Assembly (NCBI GenBank): GCA_041690395.1
Contig: JAWLHJ010000002.1
Coordinates: forward strand, 292,707 to 356,706
Direction: 5' to 3'
DNA: 64,000 bases
Source: Longimicrobiales bacterium
GTDB lineage: Bacteria > Gemmatimonadota > Gemmatimonadetes > Longimicrobiales > Gaopeijiaceae
Numbering within the stretch: position 1 is the stretch's first letter; the number at the start of each line of letters is the position of its first letter. The notes beneath the pieces were generated by a model that saw only the letters and a list, made by a program, of their open reading frames with translations, was not told where the DNA came from and ran no database searches. The position numbers and the translations under genes are program-made. Below, piece by piece: positions 1-10,258 of the stretch.

Positions 1-1542
1 TCCCCCGCGGTCGAACCAATCGAGGAACCCCTCCGCCGCCGCGTCCGAGTAGAGCACCGGCGTGCCGCCCCGCGCACGGATCCAGTCCGCGTCTTCCACA
101 TTGAACACCCGGACCAACACGGGCACGTCACCCGCCATGGCCAGAAGGTGCTCGTTGTCCTCCACCCGCCGGACGGTGGACACGACGACCCGCGCCCGGT
201 CCGCGCCCGCGCGGCGCAACAGGGAGACGTCCGCGGCGTCCCCCCGGATCGCCTCCACGCCGGCCTCCCGCACCCGCTCGACGATCTGGGGATCGTCGTC
301 GACCGCCACGACCCGGTGGGTCCCGATGACGAGCGTCTCCAGTAGGGGCATGCCGCTCACGCCACAGCCGAGAAGGAGGACATGCCCTTCCGGCGGCTCG
401 TCGGCCTCGACGCGGGACCGCCGCGCCGGATGGAATCGCATGAGCCCGATCGCGAGGCGATCGTTCGCCAGGAAGGGCGTGGCGGTCATCGTCATGAGCG
501 TGACGAGGGTGATGACCGTGAAGGTCGAGGCCCCGATCTGGGCCGCCATGACCCCCTGCAAGCCGACCACGAGGGAGAACTCGCTGGTCTGCGACAGAAG
601 CAACCCCGAGAAGATGGCCGGCCGGGCCGAGAATCCCGCGCGCTCCGCGATCAGCGCGACGAGCGGCGGGGTGACAAGCACGACGACCAGCGCGAGCGCG
701 AACGCCTGTCCGATCTCGGCTACGGTCGGTACCCCCAGGCTCGCTCCGAGCGCGGTGAAGAAGATGGCCGTGAAGAAATCGGACAGGGAGTTGAGCTGAC
801 CCCGGACCACGCCGTTCACCGGGAATGACGACAGCGCGAACCCCGCCAGGAACGCCCCCGACACCAGGGGCACGCCGAGCTGCTGCGACGCGAAGAGGAA
901 GCTGAAGAGCAGCGCCAGGACGGCCAACAGGAGCAGCTCCTCGTCCAGTGAAAGACGACGGAGCAGCTCCGGCAGGACCCAGCGCAGCAGCACATACGCC
1001 ACGACCACCAGGAACAGGGTGCCTCCGACACCGGCCGCGACCGACGCGCCCCCCTCCGGTAGCCGCGTCACGACGGGAATCAGCAGGATGACCGCCAGGT
1101 CCTGGAGGAGGAGCACCCCGATCACGAGTCGACCGAACGACTCGAAGAGCTGCCGGCGCAGCTGGAGCATCCGCACGACCACGAGGGTCGACGAAGCCGT
1201 CAGCGCCAACGCCAGGTAGACGGACGTCTGAGGGTCGAAGGACAGCGCCCGCGCCGCCGCGTAGCCGAGCGCCCCGAGAACCAGGAACTGCACGGTGCCG
1301 ACGGCGACCGCCGCGGTCTTCTGCCGACGTACCCGTCTCGGGTTGAGCTCCATCCCGGCCACGAACACCAGGAACGTGATGCCGAGCACGAGACTGTCCT
1401 GCAGGTAACCGGGCTCCACGTGTAGCGTCAGGGAGAGGCCGAAGCCGGCGAAGATCAGGAACGGGATCGCGGGCAGGCCGAGAAGCCGCGCGATTCCGAA
1501 GCCCGCGGCGGCGGCCGCGAGAAGCATGGCGAGCTCGATCAT
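1..1542 (-). CDS. Cation:proton antiporter (CPA2/KefB-like) with C-terminal TrkA-N/RCK-like domain; 3' end lies outside the window
   Basis: Not in the ORF track. ATG at 1542-1540 overlaps the TGA of the upstream antiporter. Reads MIELAMLLAAAAAGFGIARLLGLPAIPFLIFAG..., with LTASSTLVVVRML and GVLLLQDL motifs. The last codons at base 1 are in the same frame (…AEGFLDWFDRGG). Confidence 0.85.
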   Translation of the reverse strand, partial: MIELAMLLAAAAAGFGIARLLGLPAIPFLIFAGFGLSLTLHVEPGYLQDSLVLGITFLVFVAGMELNPRRVRRQKTAAVAVGTVQFLVLGALGYAAARALSFDPQTSVYLALALTASSTLVVVRMLQLRRQLFESFGRLVIGVLLLQDLAVILLIPVVTRLPEGGASVAAGVGGTLFLVVVAYVLLRWVLPELLRRLSLDEELLLLAVLALLFSFLFASQQLGVPLVSGAFLAGFALSSFPVNGVVRGQLNSLSDFFTAIFFTALGASLGVPTVAEIGQAFALALVVVLVTPPLVALIAERAGFSARPAIFSGLLLSQTSEFSLVVGLQGVMAAQIGASTFTVITLVTLMTMTATPFLANDRLAIGLMRFHPARRSRVEADEPPEGHVLLLGCGVSGMPLLETLVIGTHRVVAVDDDPQIVERVREAGVEAIRGDAADVSLLRRAGADRARVVVSTVRRVEDNEHLLAMAGDVPVLVRVFNVEDADWIRARGGTPVLYSDAAAEGFLDWFDRGG

Positions 1543-3191
1543 CCGTAGATCCCCTCCGCCCCGAGGGCCTCGGTCAGGCGCCGGGTGCCCGCCGTCTTCG
1601 AGTCCATGAGGTGGGTCGCCCCGATCTCGCGCAGATCAGGGACGACCGCGATGTCGAAGGCGTGGATGCTGCAGGGGACGTCGAGGGTGCCGCAACGGTA
1701 CGCCAGCAGGTTGTTGGCGTCCTCGATCTGAAGCGCCGATACCAGGAGTCGGGCCCGCCGGATTCCCGCGGACTCGAGCACGGCGAGATCGTCGGTGTTG
1801 CCGACGAGGGTGGCTCCCCCGACGCCGGCCAGCTTCGACGGATCGGTGTCCACGGCGAGCGTGGGCAGATCGCGGTCCCGGAGGCCCTCCACGATGCGCT
1901 TCCCCAGCGAGTTCATACCGACCACGATCACGTGGTCCCGCAGACCGTAGGCGGGGCCGTGTCCACCACCGGCCCCCTCACGGTCGCGAGCCCCCTCGTG
2001 GGGAGCCTGGAACAGCTTGAGGGCGCCCCGCGCCCTCAGGCGCGCGTACACCCTGCGGGAGTTGAGGATGAGCGCCGACGACAGGCCCATCGTCACCAGC
2101 CCGATCAAGCCGATGACGGAAAGGAGCTCCTCCCCGATCAGCCCCGCCGAGAGGCCGAGGCCCGCCAGGATGAACGAGAACTCCGACGTCTGGGCCAGCG
2201 TCAGCCCGGCCAGCGCCGCCGTCCGCTCGCCGAATCCGAGTCGGGGGATCACCGTCAGGAGAATGGCCGGCTTGACCGTCATCACGAACACGATCAGCGC
2301 CAGCGCCAGCGGCCAGCGTCCGAGCGCCCCGGCGGGATCCATGTGGACGCCGAGGGTCACGAAGAAGACGGCGATGAAGAAGTTCACCAGGGGAGCGACC
2401 CGCCGGCGCAGCTCGTCGTTGAATGGAAGCTGCGCCAGCGCGATCCCGGCCAGGAACGCGCCCAGCTCGACGGAGAGGCCCAGGTGCTCCGCTCCCAGAA
2501 TGAGGAGGAAGCACCATGCGAGGCTCCACACGAGTGTGGCCTCGGACGAGGCACCGATCCAGTGGAACGCCGGGGGCAGCAGCCAACGCGAGGCGGCCAC
2601 GGCCACGGCCACCAGAAGGCCCATCCCCCCGAACGCGACGGCGAGATCCATCGCCATGTCTGTGAGCGTCGAACCCCCGTCCGCGAGCCCGGAGACGAAC
2701 GTGAGGACCACGACGACGAGAAGATCCTGCACCAGCAGGATTCCGAGCGTGATCTTGCCGTAGGTCTCACTCAGGTCTCCGCGCTGTTCGAGCAGCTTGA
2801 CCACGATGACGGTCGAGCTGAACGACAGGGCCACGCCCAGAAAGAGCGCTTCCCGCAGAGGTAGCCCGAGCGCGTAGGCTATGGCCGCGCCCAACAGCGC
2901 CGAGATCCCCACCTGGACGCTCCCACCGACCACGGCCACCCGCCCGAGATCCTTGATCGCGGCGAAGGAGAGCTCGAGGCCGACCAGGAACAGGAGAAGC
3001 GCGATCCCGACTTCGGAGGCCAACTCCACGCCCTCCCCGACTTCCAGCAGGCCCGTGACCGGCCCAAGAAGAAGCCCGGCGAGAATGTACGCCACGATCG
3101 ACGGGATGCGGAGCGGCCGGGCCAGGAGCGCGAACACGGCGGCGCTCACCAGAATGATGCCGAGATCGAGCAGGATTGGAGCGTCAGGCAC
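1539..3191 (-). CDS. Cation:proton antiporter (CPA2/KefB-KefC-like) with TrkA-N domain
   Basis: Many TM segments; LLFLVGLE, LSFSSTVIVVKLL, GILLVQDL and QTSEFSF motifs; C-terminal HVIVVGMNSLG Rossmann-like segment. Confidence 0.9.
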   Translation of the reverse strand: MPDAPILLDLGIILVSAAVFALLARPLRIPSIVAYILAGLLLGPVTGLLEVGEGVELASEVGIALLLFLVGLELSFAAIKDLGRVAVVGGSVQVGISALLGAAIAYALGLPLREALFLGVALSFSSTVIVVKLLEQRGDLSETYGKITLGILLVQDLLVVVVLTFVSGLADGGSTLTDMAMDLAVAFGGMGLLVAVAVAASRWLLPPAFHWIGASSEATLVWSLAWCFLLILGAEHLGLSVELGAFLAGIALAQLPFNDELRRRVAPLVNFFIAVFFVTLGVHMDPAGALGRWPLALALIVFVMTVKPAILLTVIPRLGFGERTAALAGLTLAQTSEFSFILAGLGLSAGLIGEELLSVIGLIGLVTMGLSSALILNSRRVYARLRARGALKLFQAPHEGARDREGAGGGHGPAYGLRDHVIVVGMNSLGKRIVEGLRDRDLPTLAVDTDPSKLAGVGGATLVGNTDDLAVLESAGIRRARLLVSALQIEDANNLLAYRCGTLDVPCSIHAFDIAVVPDLREIGATHLMDSKTAGTRRLTEALGAEGIYG

Positions 3192-3340
3192 GATGCGCCG
3201 AAGGCGGAGGTTGTCGGAGGGTCCGGACGGAGGACCAGGAAGGAAGTTCGTGCCGCTCGGGACCCCGCACCACCCCGTCGTCGCCCGCCGCGGGGGCCCA
3301 TGGGCTTGCCGCCGATCGCGGGCGTCGCGAGATACCTGCC

Positions 3341-4213
3341 ATGGGACCCGGGGACGACGTCGCTCGCTACTACGACCGCAACACGGACCGCTTCCTCCGC
3401 TTCGGGGGCGGCGCGGACGCGCTCGCCATCCACCGGGAGCTGTGGGCGCCGGACGTGCGAACGTCCGCGGAGGCGAAAGGTCACGTCAATCGACTCCTCG
3501 CCGACGCGATCGAGGCCCGACATCCGCGCGCTCCGACCGTGCTAGACCTGGGGTGCGGTGTGGGGGGCACCCTGTTCGACCTCGCCGCGCGGTTCCCGGA
3601 CGGGCGCCTACACGGCGTGACGCTGAGCCGCCGTCAGGCCGAGCTCGGCCGTGAGCTGGCCGAAGGGCGCGGCCTCGGCGATCGCTGCAGCGTGCATCTC
3701 GGAGACTTCGAGCATGCAAAGCCCCCGGTGGAGCTTTCGCGGCTCCGGGCCGACGCCGTCGTGTCGGTCGAGGCGCTGGCGCACGCGCGTGACGCGCGCG
3801 CCTTCTTCCGGACGGCCGCGGCGCGGCTCGGTCGGCCGGACGGGGTGCTGATCGTCGTCGACGATTTCCTCACCCGTGAGGAGGCCGAGCTGGCAGGATG
3901 GGAGCTCCACCTGGTGCGGGACTTCAAGGCCGGATGGCGCCTCGGCACCCTCCGGACGCCGCGCGGCGTGGCCGCCCTCGCGGCGGACGCGGGGCTTGAG
4001 CTGGTCGACGACCGGGATCTCACGTCACTCATCCGGATCGGGCGGCCGCGTGATCTAGCCATCCGGGCCGTCGCCCCCCTGCTCCCCCTGATCGGGATGA
4101 CCCGTGTCCCGTTCTTCGGCAACATGGTCGGGGGGAACGCCCTACAAGCCGGCATCCGAAAGGGAGTGTTCGGTTATCGCATGCTCACGTTCGAGCTGCG
4201 CGGCCCCGAATAG
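3341..4213 (+). CDS. Class I SAM-dependent methyltransferase
   Basis: VLDLGCGVGG motif I, GVTLSRRQ, N-terminal VARYYD. ATG 3341 preferred over the ORF-track start at 3176, which overlaps the divergent gene. Confidence 0.85.
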   Translation: MGPGDDVARYYDRNTDRFLRFGGGADALAIHRELWAPDVRTSAEAKGHVNRLLADAIEARHPRAPTVLDLGCGVGGTLFDLAARFPDGRLHGVTLSRRQAELGRELAEGRGLGDRCSVHLGDFEHAKPPVELSRLRADAVVSVEALAHARDARAFFRTAAARLGRPDGVLIVVDDFLTREEAELAGWELHLVRDFKAGWRLGTLRTPRGVAALAADAGLELVDDRDLTSLIRIGRPRDLAIRAVAPLLPLIGMTRVPFFGNMVGGNALQAGIRKGVFGYRMLTFELRGPE

Positions 4214-4223
4214 ATACGGCCAT

Positions 4224-4262
4224 GAAGAAGGGGCCCCGGGCGGACGCCCGAGACCCCTCTTC
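4224..4262 (-). terminator. Probable intrinsic terminator downstream of susD (possibly bidirectional)
   Basis: Minus strand GGGGTCTCGGGC-GTCC-GCCCGGGGCCCC stem (two G-U pairs) followed by TTCTTC; lies between convergent genes. Confidence 0.6.
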
Positions 4263-4352
4263 ATTCTCACGCCGGAAGCCCACGTCGAGCTCCCGACCGA
4301 ACCGGGCCGGACGGCGCCCCGCTTCCGCGGAACGCCGGCCAACCCTCCGTCG

Positions 4353-5654
4353 TCAGGACGGAATGTTCGGGTTGGCCCGCCGTTCCTGCTCGGGCAGCGG
4401 CATGCACGTGATCGGGCCGTAGAGCTGGCCCTTGTGGTTCGTCCCCTGCGGGAACTCGATGTCGTGCCGGAGCATGTCGTTCAGCCGGTGGCCTTCGAGC
4501 CACAGCTGACGGCGACGCTCCTCGAGCACGACTTCCAGGATCTCGGCATCGGACTGAAGGCTCAGCCCGACCAGGTCATCCGCCGGGAGACCCTGCGCGG
4601 TCCGCAGGTCCGTCAGATGCTGCTCCGCCTCGGCGAGCTCCGCCTCGGCCATGATCAGCTTGGCCTCTTCCCACGACGCGATCGGAATGTTCGCATCGGC
4701 CGCCGTGTACTTGCGCTGGTACCAGTGATCGGTGGCGCCGTCGTTCCCCTTGGCGCCGGCATCCTCGATCACGACCCGCGTGTCCGGCTCCGGCACCACG
4801 CCGACCGTGAGATCACCGTACGCCGCCGGGTTCGCCGACACGTACAGGTTCAGCACGTTGAGGTTGTACACGCGGTTCTCACGGCTCGCGTCGACCGTCG
4901 AGTACTCCGAGTACCTTACGAATCCCTCGGGAATCTCGGACGCGTCATCGTACGCACCCGTCGTGTTCCCGAGGTCCAGGCGTGCGCGAGCACGCCCGAG
5001 GAGGGCGAAATACTCCAGCTCCTCGTCACCGATCTGCTGCGCGTAGCCGATCGCCTCGGTGAACTTCGTCTCAGCCATCGCGATGACCTCGGCGGGCTGA
5101 AGGAGCGAGCCCTCGGCGATGGCCATCTCGCAGAAGCCCTCACCCAGCAGCAGGTGGGAATACCCACCGTAAGCTGCCAGAAGGCCGAGCATCTCGTTCT
5201 TGTCGCCGACGATCTCCTCTTCGGGGAACGCGGAGATCAGCTCGGCACCGCTGGACGTCAGGAAGGTCGCCTGCTGCAGCGGCGTGTACGCGCCGAGGAC
5301 GGTGGTACCACGTCCCCCCGCACACACTCCCGTGATGGTCTCGAGCTCCAGGCCACGCCAACCCCACGGGTTGATGTTGAGCCAACCGGACGAGTTGATC
5401 GTCTCGTCCGCAAGGAGGCTCGTGGAGACCACGTAGCTCGTGTAGGCGCACTCGAACTGTCCGAGCGCGCTGTTGAGGATGGTCCCGGCCAGAGCCGGGT
5501 TCTCGAGGTCGGAGGCCTCGACGGCCCCGGGGTTCTCCACCTCGAGGAGGCTGTCGCACGCCCCGAGCATCGAGAACAGGAGAATCGTGAAGCCGGCGCC
5601 CACGGCCCGCAGGCTCGGTGAGCGGCGTCGGCTCGTCTTGGATCTATGGGTCAT
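4353..5654 (-). CDS. RagB/SusD-family outer-membrane lipoprotein
   Basis: Lipobox LGAC-D, C-terminal ERRRQLWLEGHRLNDMLR and PLPEQE motifs; 10 bp downstream of a SusC-like gene. Confidence 0.9.
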   Translation of the reverse strand: MTHRSKTSRRRSPSLRAVGAGFTILLFSMLGACDSLLEVENPGAVEASDLENPALAGTILNSALGQFECAYTSYVVSTSLLADETINSSGWLNINPWGWRGLELETITGVCAGGRGTTVLGAYTPLQQATFLTSSGAELISAFPEEEIVGDKNEMLGLLAAYGGYSHLLLGEGFCEMAIAEGSLLQPAEVIAMAETKFTEAIGYAQQIGDEELEYFALLGRARARLDLGNTTGAYDDASEIPEGFVRYSEYSTVDASRENRVYNLNVLNLYVSANPAAYGDLTVGVVPEPDTRVVIEDAGAKGNDGATDHWYQRKYTAADANIPIASWEEAKLIMAEAELAEAEQHLTDLRTAQGLPADDLVGLSLQSDAEILEVVLEERRRQLWLEGHRLNDMLRHDIEFPQGTNHKGQLYGPITCMPLPEQERRANPNIPS

Positions 5655-5664
5655 TGTCGTCTCC

Positions 5665-8600
5665 TCAGAAGCTCAGGCGGAGCGTCATGGTCAGGCTCGC
5701 GGTGGGCGGCAGAACGGTCTGGTAGCCCACGGAGTTGGCGCCCGTCGCGCGCACCTCGGGGTCCCAGACATGCATGCCCGCCAGCTTTTCGGTCACGAGA
5801 CCGTTGCGCGGCGTGCCCCACCCTTCTTCGGCGGTCCACAGCATGGCCACGTTCCGCATGCCGACGCTGACGGACCCACGGCGCGCACCGATGCGCTCGG
5901 CGAAGCTCCCGGGCATGTCGTAGCTCAGCGAGACTTCGCGTAGACGCAGGAAGCCCGCTTCGTAGACACCCATCCGGTCGTTCTCGAGCTGACGGTAGGC
6001 CTGCACGAACGGATCGTTGCGCAGGTTCGTAGCGATCGACGTCGTCTGGTTGTGCGTGGCACGAATCTCGGTGTTGTTCTGGATGTGCCCGCCATTCCCC
6101 TCGACCCGCGCGTAGAGGCGCAGGTTGTTGAAGAAGGTGAACGTGTTCCCGACGCCGAACTGCCACGTCGGCTGGGTCTTTCCGAGCCACACCTGAGGCG
6201 CCTCGGAGCAGGGCACCGGGGCACCGCCCGGATCCACGCCCTGCGGACCGGTACCACCGTCACACGTTGCCGAAAGCAGCGCGCCGGTGGGGCTGATCTC
6301 CGCCTCGAGGACGCGGAGCATGAAGAGATCCGCGACCGAATAGCCTTCGCGATGCTGGGACTGGGTCCCGGCGAAGATCACGTCGAGGTCGCCGAGGTCG
6401 GTGATCTCGTTCTCGGACGTCGAGTACTGGGTGTCGAGATCCCAGGAGAACGACGAGCCCTGAATGAGCCGCGCGTTCACGCCGATCTCGTTACCCCAGG
6501 CGTCGATCTGGCCGATGTTGACGACCTGGTCCCCGGTGAACCCGGTGGACGGCGCCAACGGGCGCTCGATGATCGCGTCCTTGGTGATCCGGTCGTAGCG
6601 CGTGAACTCCACGCTCAACCTGTCGTTGAACAAGCTCGCGTCGAAGCCGAGCTCGAGCTCCTCGCCCCGCTCGGGCTTGAGGTCGGGGTTACCGAACGAC
6701 TCGGGCGTCAGCGACGGATTGTCGTCGAATCCGATGGCCGGACCATAGAGGCGGCTGGCCGCGAACGTTCCGGGCTGCTGTCCTGCCGCGCCCCAGGCAC
6801 CGCGGATACGGAACTGGTCGACGAAGTCGAAGTCCCAGAAGCTCTCCTCCGACACCACCCAGGTACCGCTGACCTTCGGGTAGTAGGCCGCGTCGATCTC
6901 CGAGCCGAACGCGCTGTGCGAGTCCGCCCGCAGGGCGACGGTCAGGAACGCCCGGTTCTGCCAGCCGACCTGCTGCTGCACGTAGAACCCGAGGTTGGCC
7001 TCCTCGGCGAACGTCTCGCCGCTCGTCCGGATGGCCGCGCCGGAGATGGTCGTCACGGGGACGGCCGGGAACTCGGCGCCGTCCGCCGAGATGAACTGGC
7101 TCCGGGAGTTGTTGTACTGCATGCCGATAGACGGCGTGAACGTGTACTCGCGCCAGTCGAAGGTGGCGCTACCGGCGTAGTCGAACGACGTGAAACGACG
7201 GGTGCCACGGTCCACGCTCTTCTCGCCCAGCGCCGCGCTTCCGTAGTAGTGGTCCGAGCCTTCCGGCTGGCGCGGGAGCGTCTCGTGGTTGTGCTCGGCG
7301 TTGTTGTCGATACCGACGATGACGCGATGCGTCGACCACTCCACCGGCTGGTACCGTAGCTCCGCACTCACGGTCATCCGGTCGTTGTCGGACCGGTCCT
7401 CGTATTTGCTCCACTCCTCGGGGGGAGCAGCACGCCAACCGCGCCGGCCGCTGTTGTCGAGCAGCGTGCGCGGGTTCGACCAGATCAGGTTGCTGAACGG
7501 GTCCTGGTTGATGCCGCCCTGCGCGAGCCGCGTCTCTCCCTGGATGTAGCCCGAGTTGACGCTCACCGTGACCTTCTCGGAGAGCAGCGCCTCGAAGTTG
7601 GCGCGCAGCGCGAGCCGCTTGCTCCAGTTCCAGTCGACGACTCCGACGTCGTCGTTGCTCGAGACCGAAGCGAAGTAGCGGATCGCGTCGGTGCCACCGC
7701 GAACGCTCAGGTTGTAGCTCTGCGTCAGGCCGTTCTGGAAGATGGGCCCGTTGCCGTTCTCGACCTCGTTCGTGTAGACGTTGATGCCGAAGAGGTCGTC
7801 GACCGTCTGGGGGGCGCCGACCAGGTCCGGATCCGGCATCCAGCGCATGTCGGTCCGGCCCTCCGGATCCCACAGCCAGTTGGTGCCGATACGCGTCGTG
7901 AAGTCGAACTGGGGAGCGCCGGTCTGGCCGCTCTTCGTGATGATCTGGATCACGCCGTTCGAGGCCTCGGTGCCGTAGAGCGTCGCCGCCGCGGGCCCCT
8001 TGATGATCTCGATGCTCTCGATGTCCGACGGGTGGATGTCGTTCAGGCGGCTGACGTTCGAGCCGCCGCGCTGACCGGTCCCTCGCCGGGGATCGCTGTC
8101 CATCCGGACACCGTCGATGTAGATGATCGGATCGTTGCCCTGCGAGATGCTGGCCACACCGCGGATCCGAGGCGCCGTGCCGGTGCCGACCTGGCCCGTG
8201 CCGGGCAGCATCGTCAGTCCCGGCGTGCGCTGACCGATCATCTGGTCCACGCTGGTGATCGGCGACTGCGAGATGACCTGGTCGGCGTTCACGGAGGTTA
8301 CGACGTTACCGATCGCCCGGCGCTGGCTTCCGCCCGCGGTTCCGGTGACGATCATCTCGTCGAGCTCGAGCGCGGACGACTCCATGCGGAACTCGACCGA
8401 TGCGGTCTGCCCCGCCTGGACCGTCGCCGTCTGCTGCTGCGTCTCGTAGCCGATCGTGATGACCGACACGGTCTGCTGGCCAACAGGGACGTTCAGGAGC
8501 AGGAAGCGGCCGCTCGCGTTCGTCAGGCCTCCGACTCCGGTGCCTTCGACGCTCACCTGGGCGGACTGGAGAGCCCGTCCGGTAGCGGCGTCGACCACCG

Positions 8601-8733
8601 TGCCCTGAACGCTGCCGGTCTGGGCCGCGACGGCCGAAGGGGCCGCAAGCACCGCGAATACGAACGACAACACCGCCATCGCTCGAAGTCTCGGCAATGC
8701 AAGCTTATTGCATCGCACTCTGGGTAGATTCAT
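5665..8733 (-). CDS. SusC/RagA-family TonB-dependent receptor
   Basis: Signal peptide, carboxypeptidase-regulatory-like N-domain, plug signature DIESIEIIKGPAAATLYGTEASNGVIQIITK, GNPDLKPE, C-terminal Phe. Confidence 0.93.
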   Translation of the reverse strand: MNLPRVRCNKLALPRLRAMAVLSFVFAVLAAPSAVAAQTGSVQGTVVDAATGRALQSAQVSVEGTGVGGLTNASGRFLLLNVPVGQQTVSVITIGYETQQQTATVQAGQTASVEFRMESSALELDEMIVTGTAGGSQRRAIGNVVTSVNADQVISQSPITSVDQMIGQRTPGLTMLPGTGQVGTGTAPRIRGVASISQGNDPIIYIDGVRMDSDPRRGTGQRGGSNVSRLNDIHPSDIESIEIIKGPAAATLYGTEASNGVIQIITKSGQTGAPQFDFTTRIGTNWLWDPEGRTDMRWMPDPDLVGAPQTVDDLFGINVYTNEVENGNGPIFQNGLTQSYNLSVRGGTDAIRYFASVSSNDDVGVVDWNWSKRLALRANFEALLSEKVTVSVNSGYIQGETRLAQGGINQDPFSNLIWSNPRTLLDNSGRRGWRAAPPEEWSKYEDRSDNDRMTVSAELRYQPVEWSTHRVIVGIDNNAEHNHETLPRQPEGSDHYYGSAALGEKSVDRGTRRFTSFDYAGSATFDWREYTFTPSIGMQYNNSRSQFISADGAEFPAVPVTTISGAAIRTSGETFAEEANLGFYVQQQVGWQNRAFLTVALRADSHSAFGSEIDAAYYPKVSGTWVVSEESFWDFDFVDQFRIRGAWGAAGQQPGTFAASRLYGPAIGFDDNPSLTPESFGNPDLKPERGEELELGFDASLFNDRLSVEFTRYDRITKDAIIERPLAPSTGFTGDQVVNIGQIDAWGNEIGVNARLIQGSSFSWDLDTQYSTSENEITDLGDLDVIFAGTQSQHREGYSVADLFMLRVLEAEISPTGALLSATCDGGTGPQGVDPGGAPVPCSEAPQVWLGKTQPTWQFGVGNTFTFFNNLRLYARVEGNGGHIQNNTEIRATHNQTTSIATNLRNDPFVQAYRQLENDRMGVYEAGFLRLREVSLSYDMPGSFAERIGARRGSVSVGMRNVAMLWTAEEGWGTPRNGLVTEKLAGMHVWDPEVRATGANSVGYQTVLPPTASLTMTLRLSF

Positions 8734-8916
8734 GATTCGTCTCCATTGGACGAAGGGATATGGCGCGGGGCCGGGCTCCCTGCCCGGATCGACCGCGCGG
8801 AACGCGCGTCCTGACGATGCCCGTAGGGGCGAGCGCCGTGCGACGCACTCTGAACACTTCGGAGCTTCGTCCGGTCGTTCCCTACCGAAGGAAACGAGCG
8901 GCCGAGCGTGATGTGA

Positions 8917-10029
8917 CTATCTGGGTTGTTGGCCTATCCTCGCGCCGGCCAGAAGTCCGACGCCCGCCATGGTGGTCTGCGTGGCGTTGAAGCCGAACAG
9001 GAAGTCCGCGTCCGAGAAGGTCGCGAGCACGTCCGACGGCTGGTGCCAATGGGGATCGGATCCCCTCCCGATCTCGTAGAGGCGCCGGTTCTCGCGGATG
9101 CTGACCGCGGCGGTCAGGTCCATGAACGGCGTCGAGTCGGTGTTGCTCATGCTGTTGCTCATCGCCGCCGGGTAGTCGCTCGCGAACTTCCGGTTGGCGT
9201 TGATCAGGTGAACCGCGAGGCGCGAGGACTCCTCCCACATCGCCGAGTTCAGCTGGAACTCCACGTCGACGTCGGCGTTCAGGGCCTGACGGTGCATCAC
9301 CGGATTCCCGTGGTCGAACATGACCTTGTCGTGCTGGATCATGCCGAGCCAGCGGGGCTCCGGATAACGGCCGGACCCGGCCGGGCTCTCCTGCCCTTGG
9401 AGGTCCGCGCGCTGCTCCACGTAGGCTCGGGCTCCGTTGAGCCCCGTCTCCTCGTTGTTCCAGAGCGCGAAGCGGATCGTCCGCTCGGTCGCGATGTCGG
9501 GCGAGGCGAGCACACGCGCGATCTCGAGGACGAGCGCCGTGCCCGAGGCGTTGTCGTTCACGGCCTGTCCACCGCCCCGACCGTCCATGTGGCCGCTGAC
9601 GATGTACATCTCGTCGGGGTTGGTCGTCCCGATCTTGGTCGCGTAGACCTGGCTCCGCGGCTCACCCTCGTACTCGTAGTGGAGCCGCTCCGTCTCGTAG
9701 CCCCAGCTCCGCAGCCGCTCCTCGATCCAGTCGTTCGCGCGCTCGTTGCCCTCCGTTCCCTGCTCACGGTCGCCGAACGCGGCCAGGTCGTGAACGAGTT
9801 GCGTATAACTCTCGAGGCTCAGCCGCTCGACGATGGGCTGGACCGCCTGCTCTTCCGCGGTGAGCTCGACGCCACCGAGCACGCCCCGTGGAATGGGCCG
9901 GACACCGTCTTGCTGCCTGGACTGGGCCGAGGCGAGAGGCGCGGTGACCAGAAGGAGGGTGAGAGCGAGGGAGAGAACGGAGCCGGGACGCGGGAAGGAC
10001 CCGGACCGGTGAAAAGGCGTGCGCAGCAT
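8917..10029 (-). CDS. Secreted M28-family metallopeptidase
   Basis: Signal peptide; metal-ligand motifs SGHMDG, NDNASG, NNEETG, WHQPSD. Confidence 0.85.
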   Translation of the reverse strand: MLRTPFHRSGSFPRPGSVLSLALTLLLVTAPLASAQSRQQDGVRPIPRGVLGGVELTAEEQAVQPIVERLSLESYTQLVHDLAAFGDREQGTEGNERANDWIEERLRSWGYETERLHYEYEGEPRSQVYATKIGTTNPDEMYIVSGHMDGRGGGQAVNDNASGTALVLEIARVLASPDIATERTIRFALWNNEETGLNGARAYVEQRADLQGQESPAGSGRYPEPRWLGMIQHDKVMFDHGNPVMHRQALNADVDVEFQLNSAMWEESSRLAVHLINANRKFASDYPAAMSNSMSNTDSTPFMDLTAAVSIRENRRLYEIGRGSDPHWHQPSDVLATFSDADFLFGFNATQTTMAGVGLLAGARIGQQPR

Positions 10030-10258
10030 CTATTCGTCTCAGCTGAGATGTTTCATGCTAGAAACACCCAATCGCTCGGCATGGTGGCGGACGACTCGGG
10101 CGGGGGGCGTGGTGGGGGAGCCACGCGCTCCATTCCGACTACCCATTCATGGTAGACAAAGTCCATTCTCGGCGCCAGACAGGAGGGTTGCGGCGGGCCA
10201 CACGGCAGGCCTACGATCGGCGGGTCCCGCCGTGCACCCACGAGCCCGAAAGAACTCC

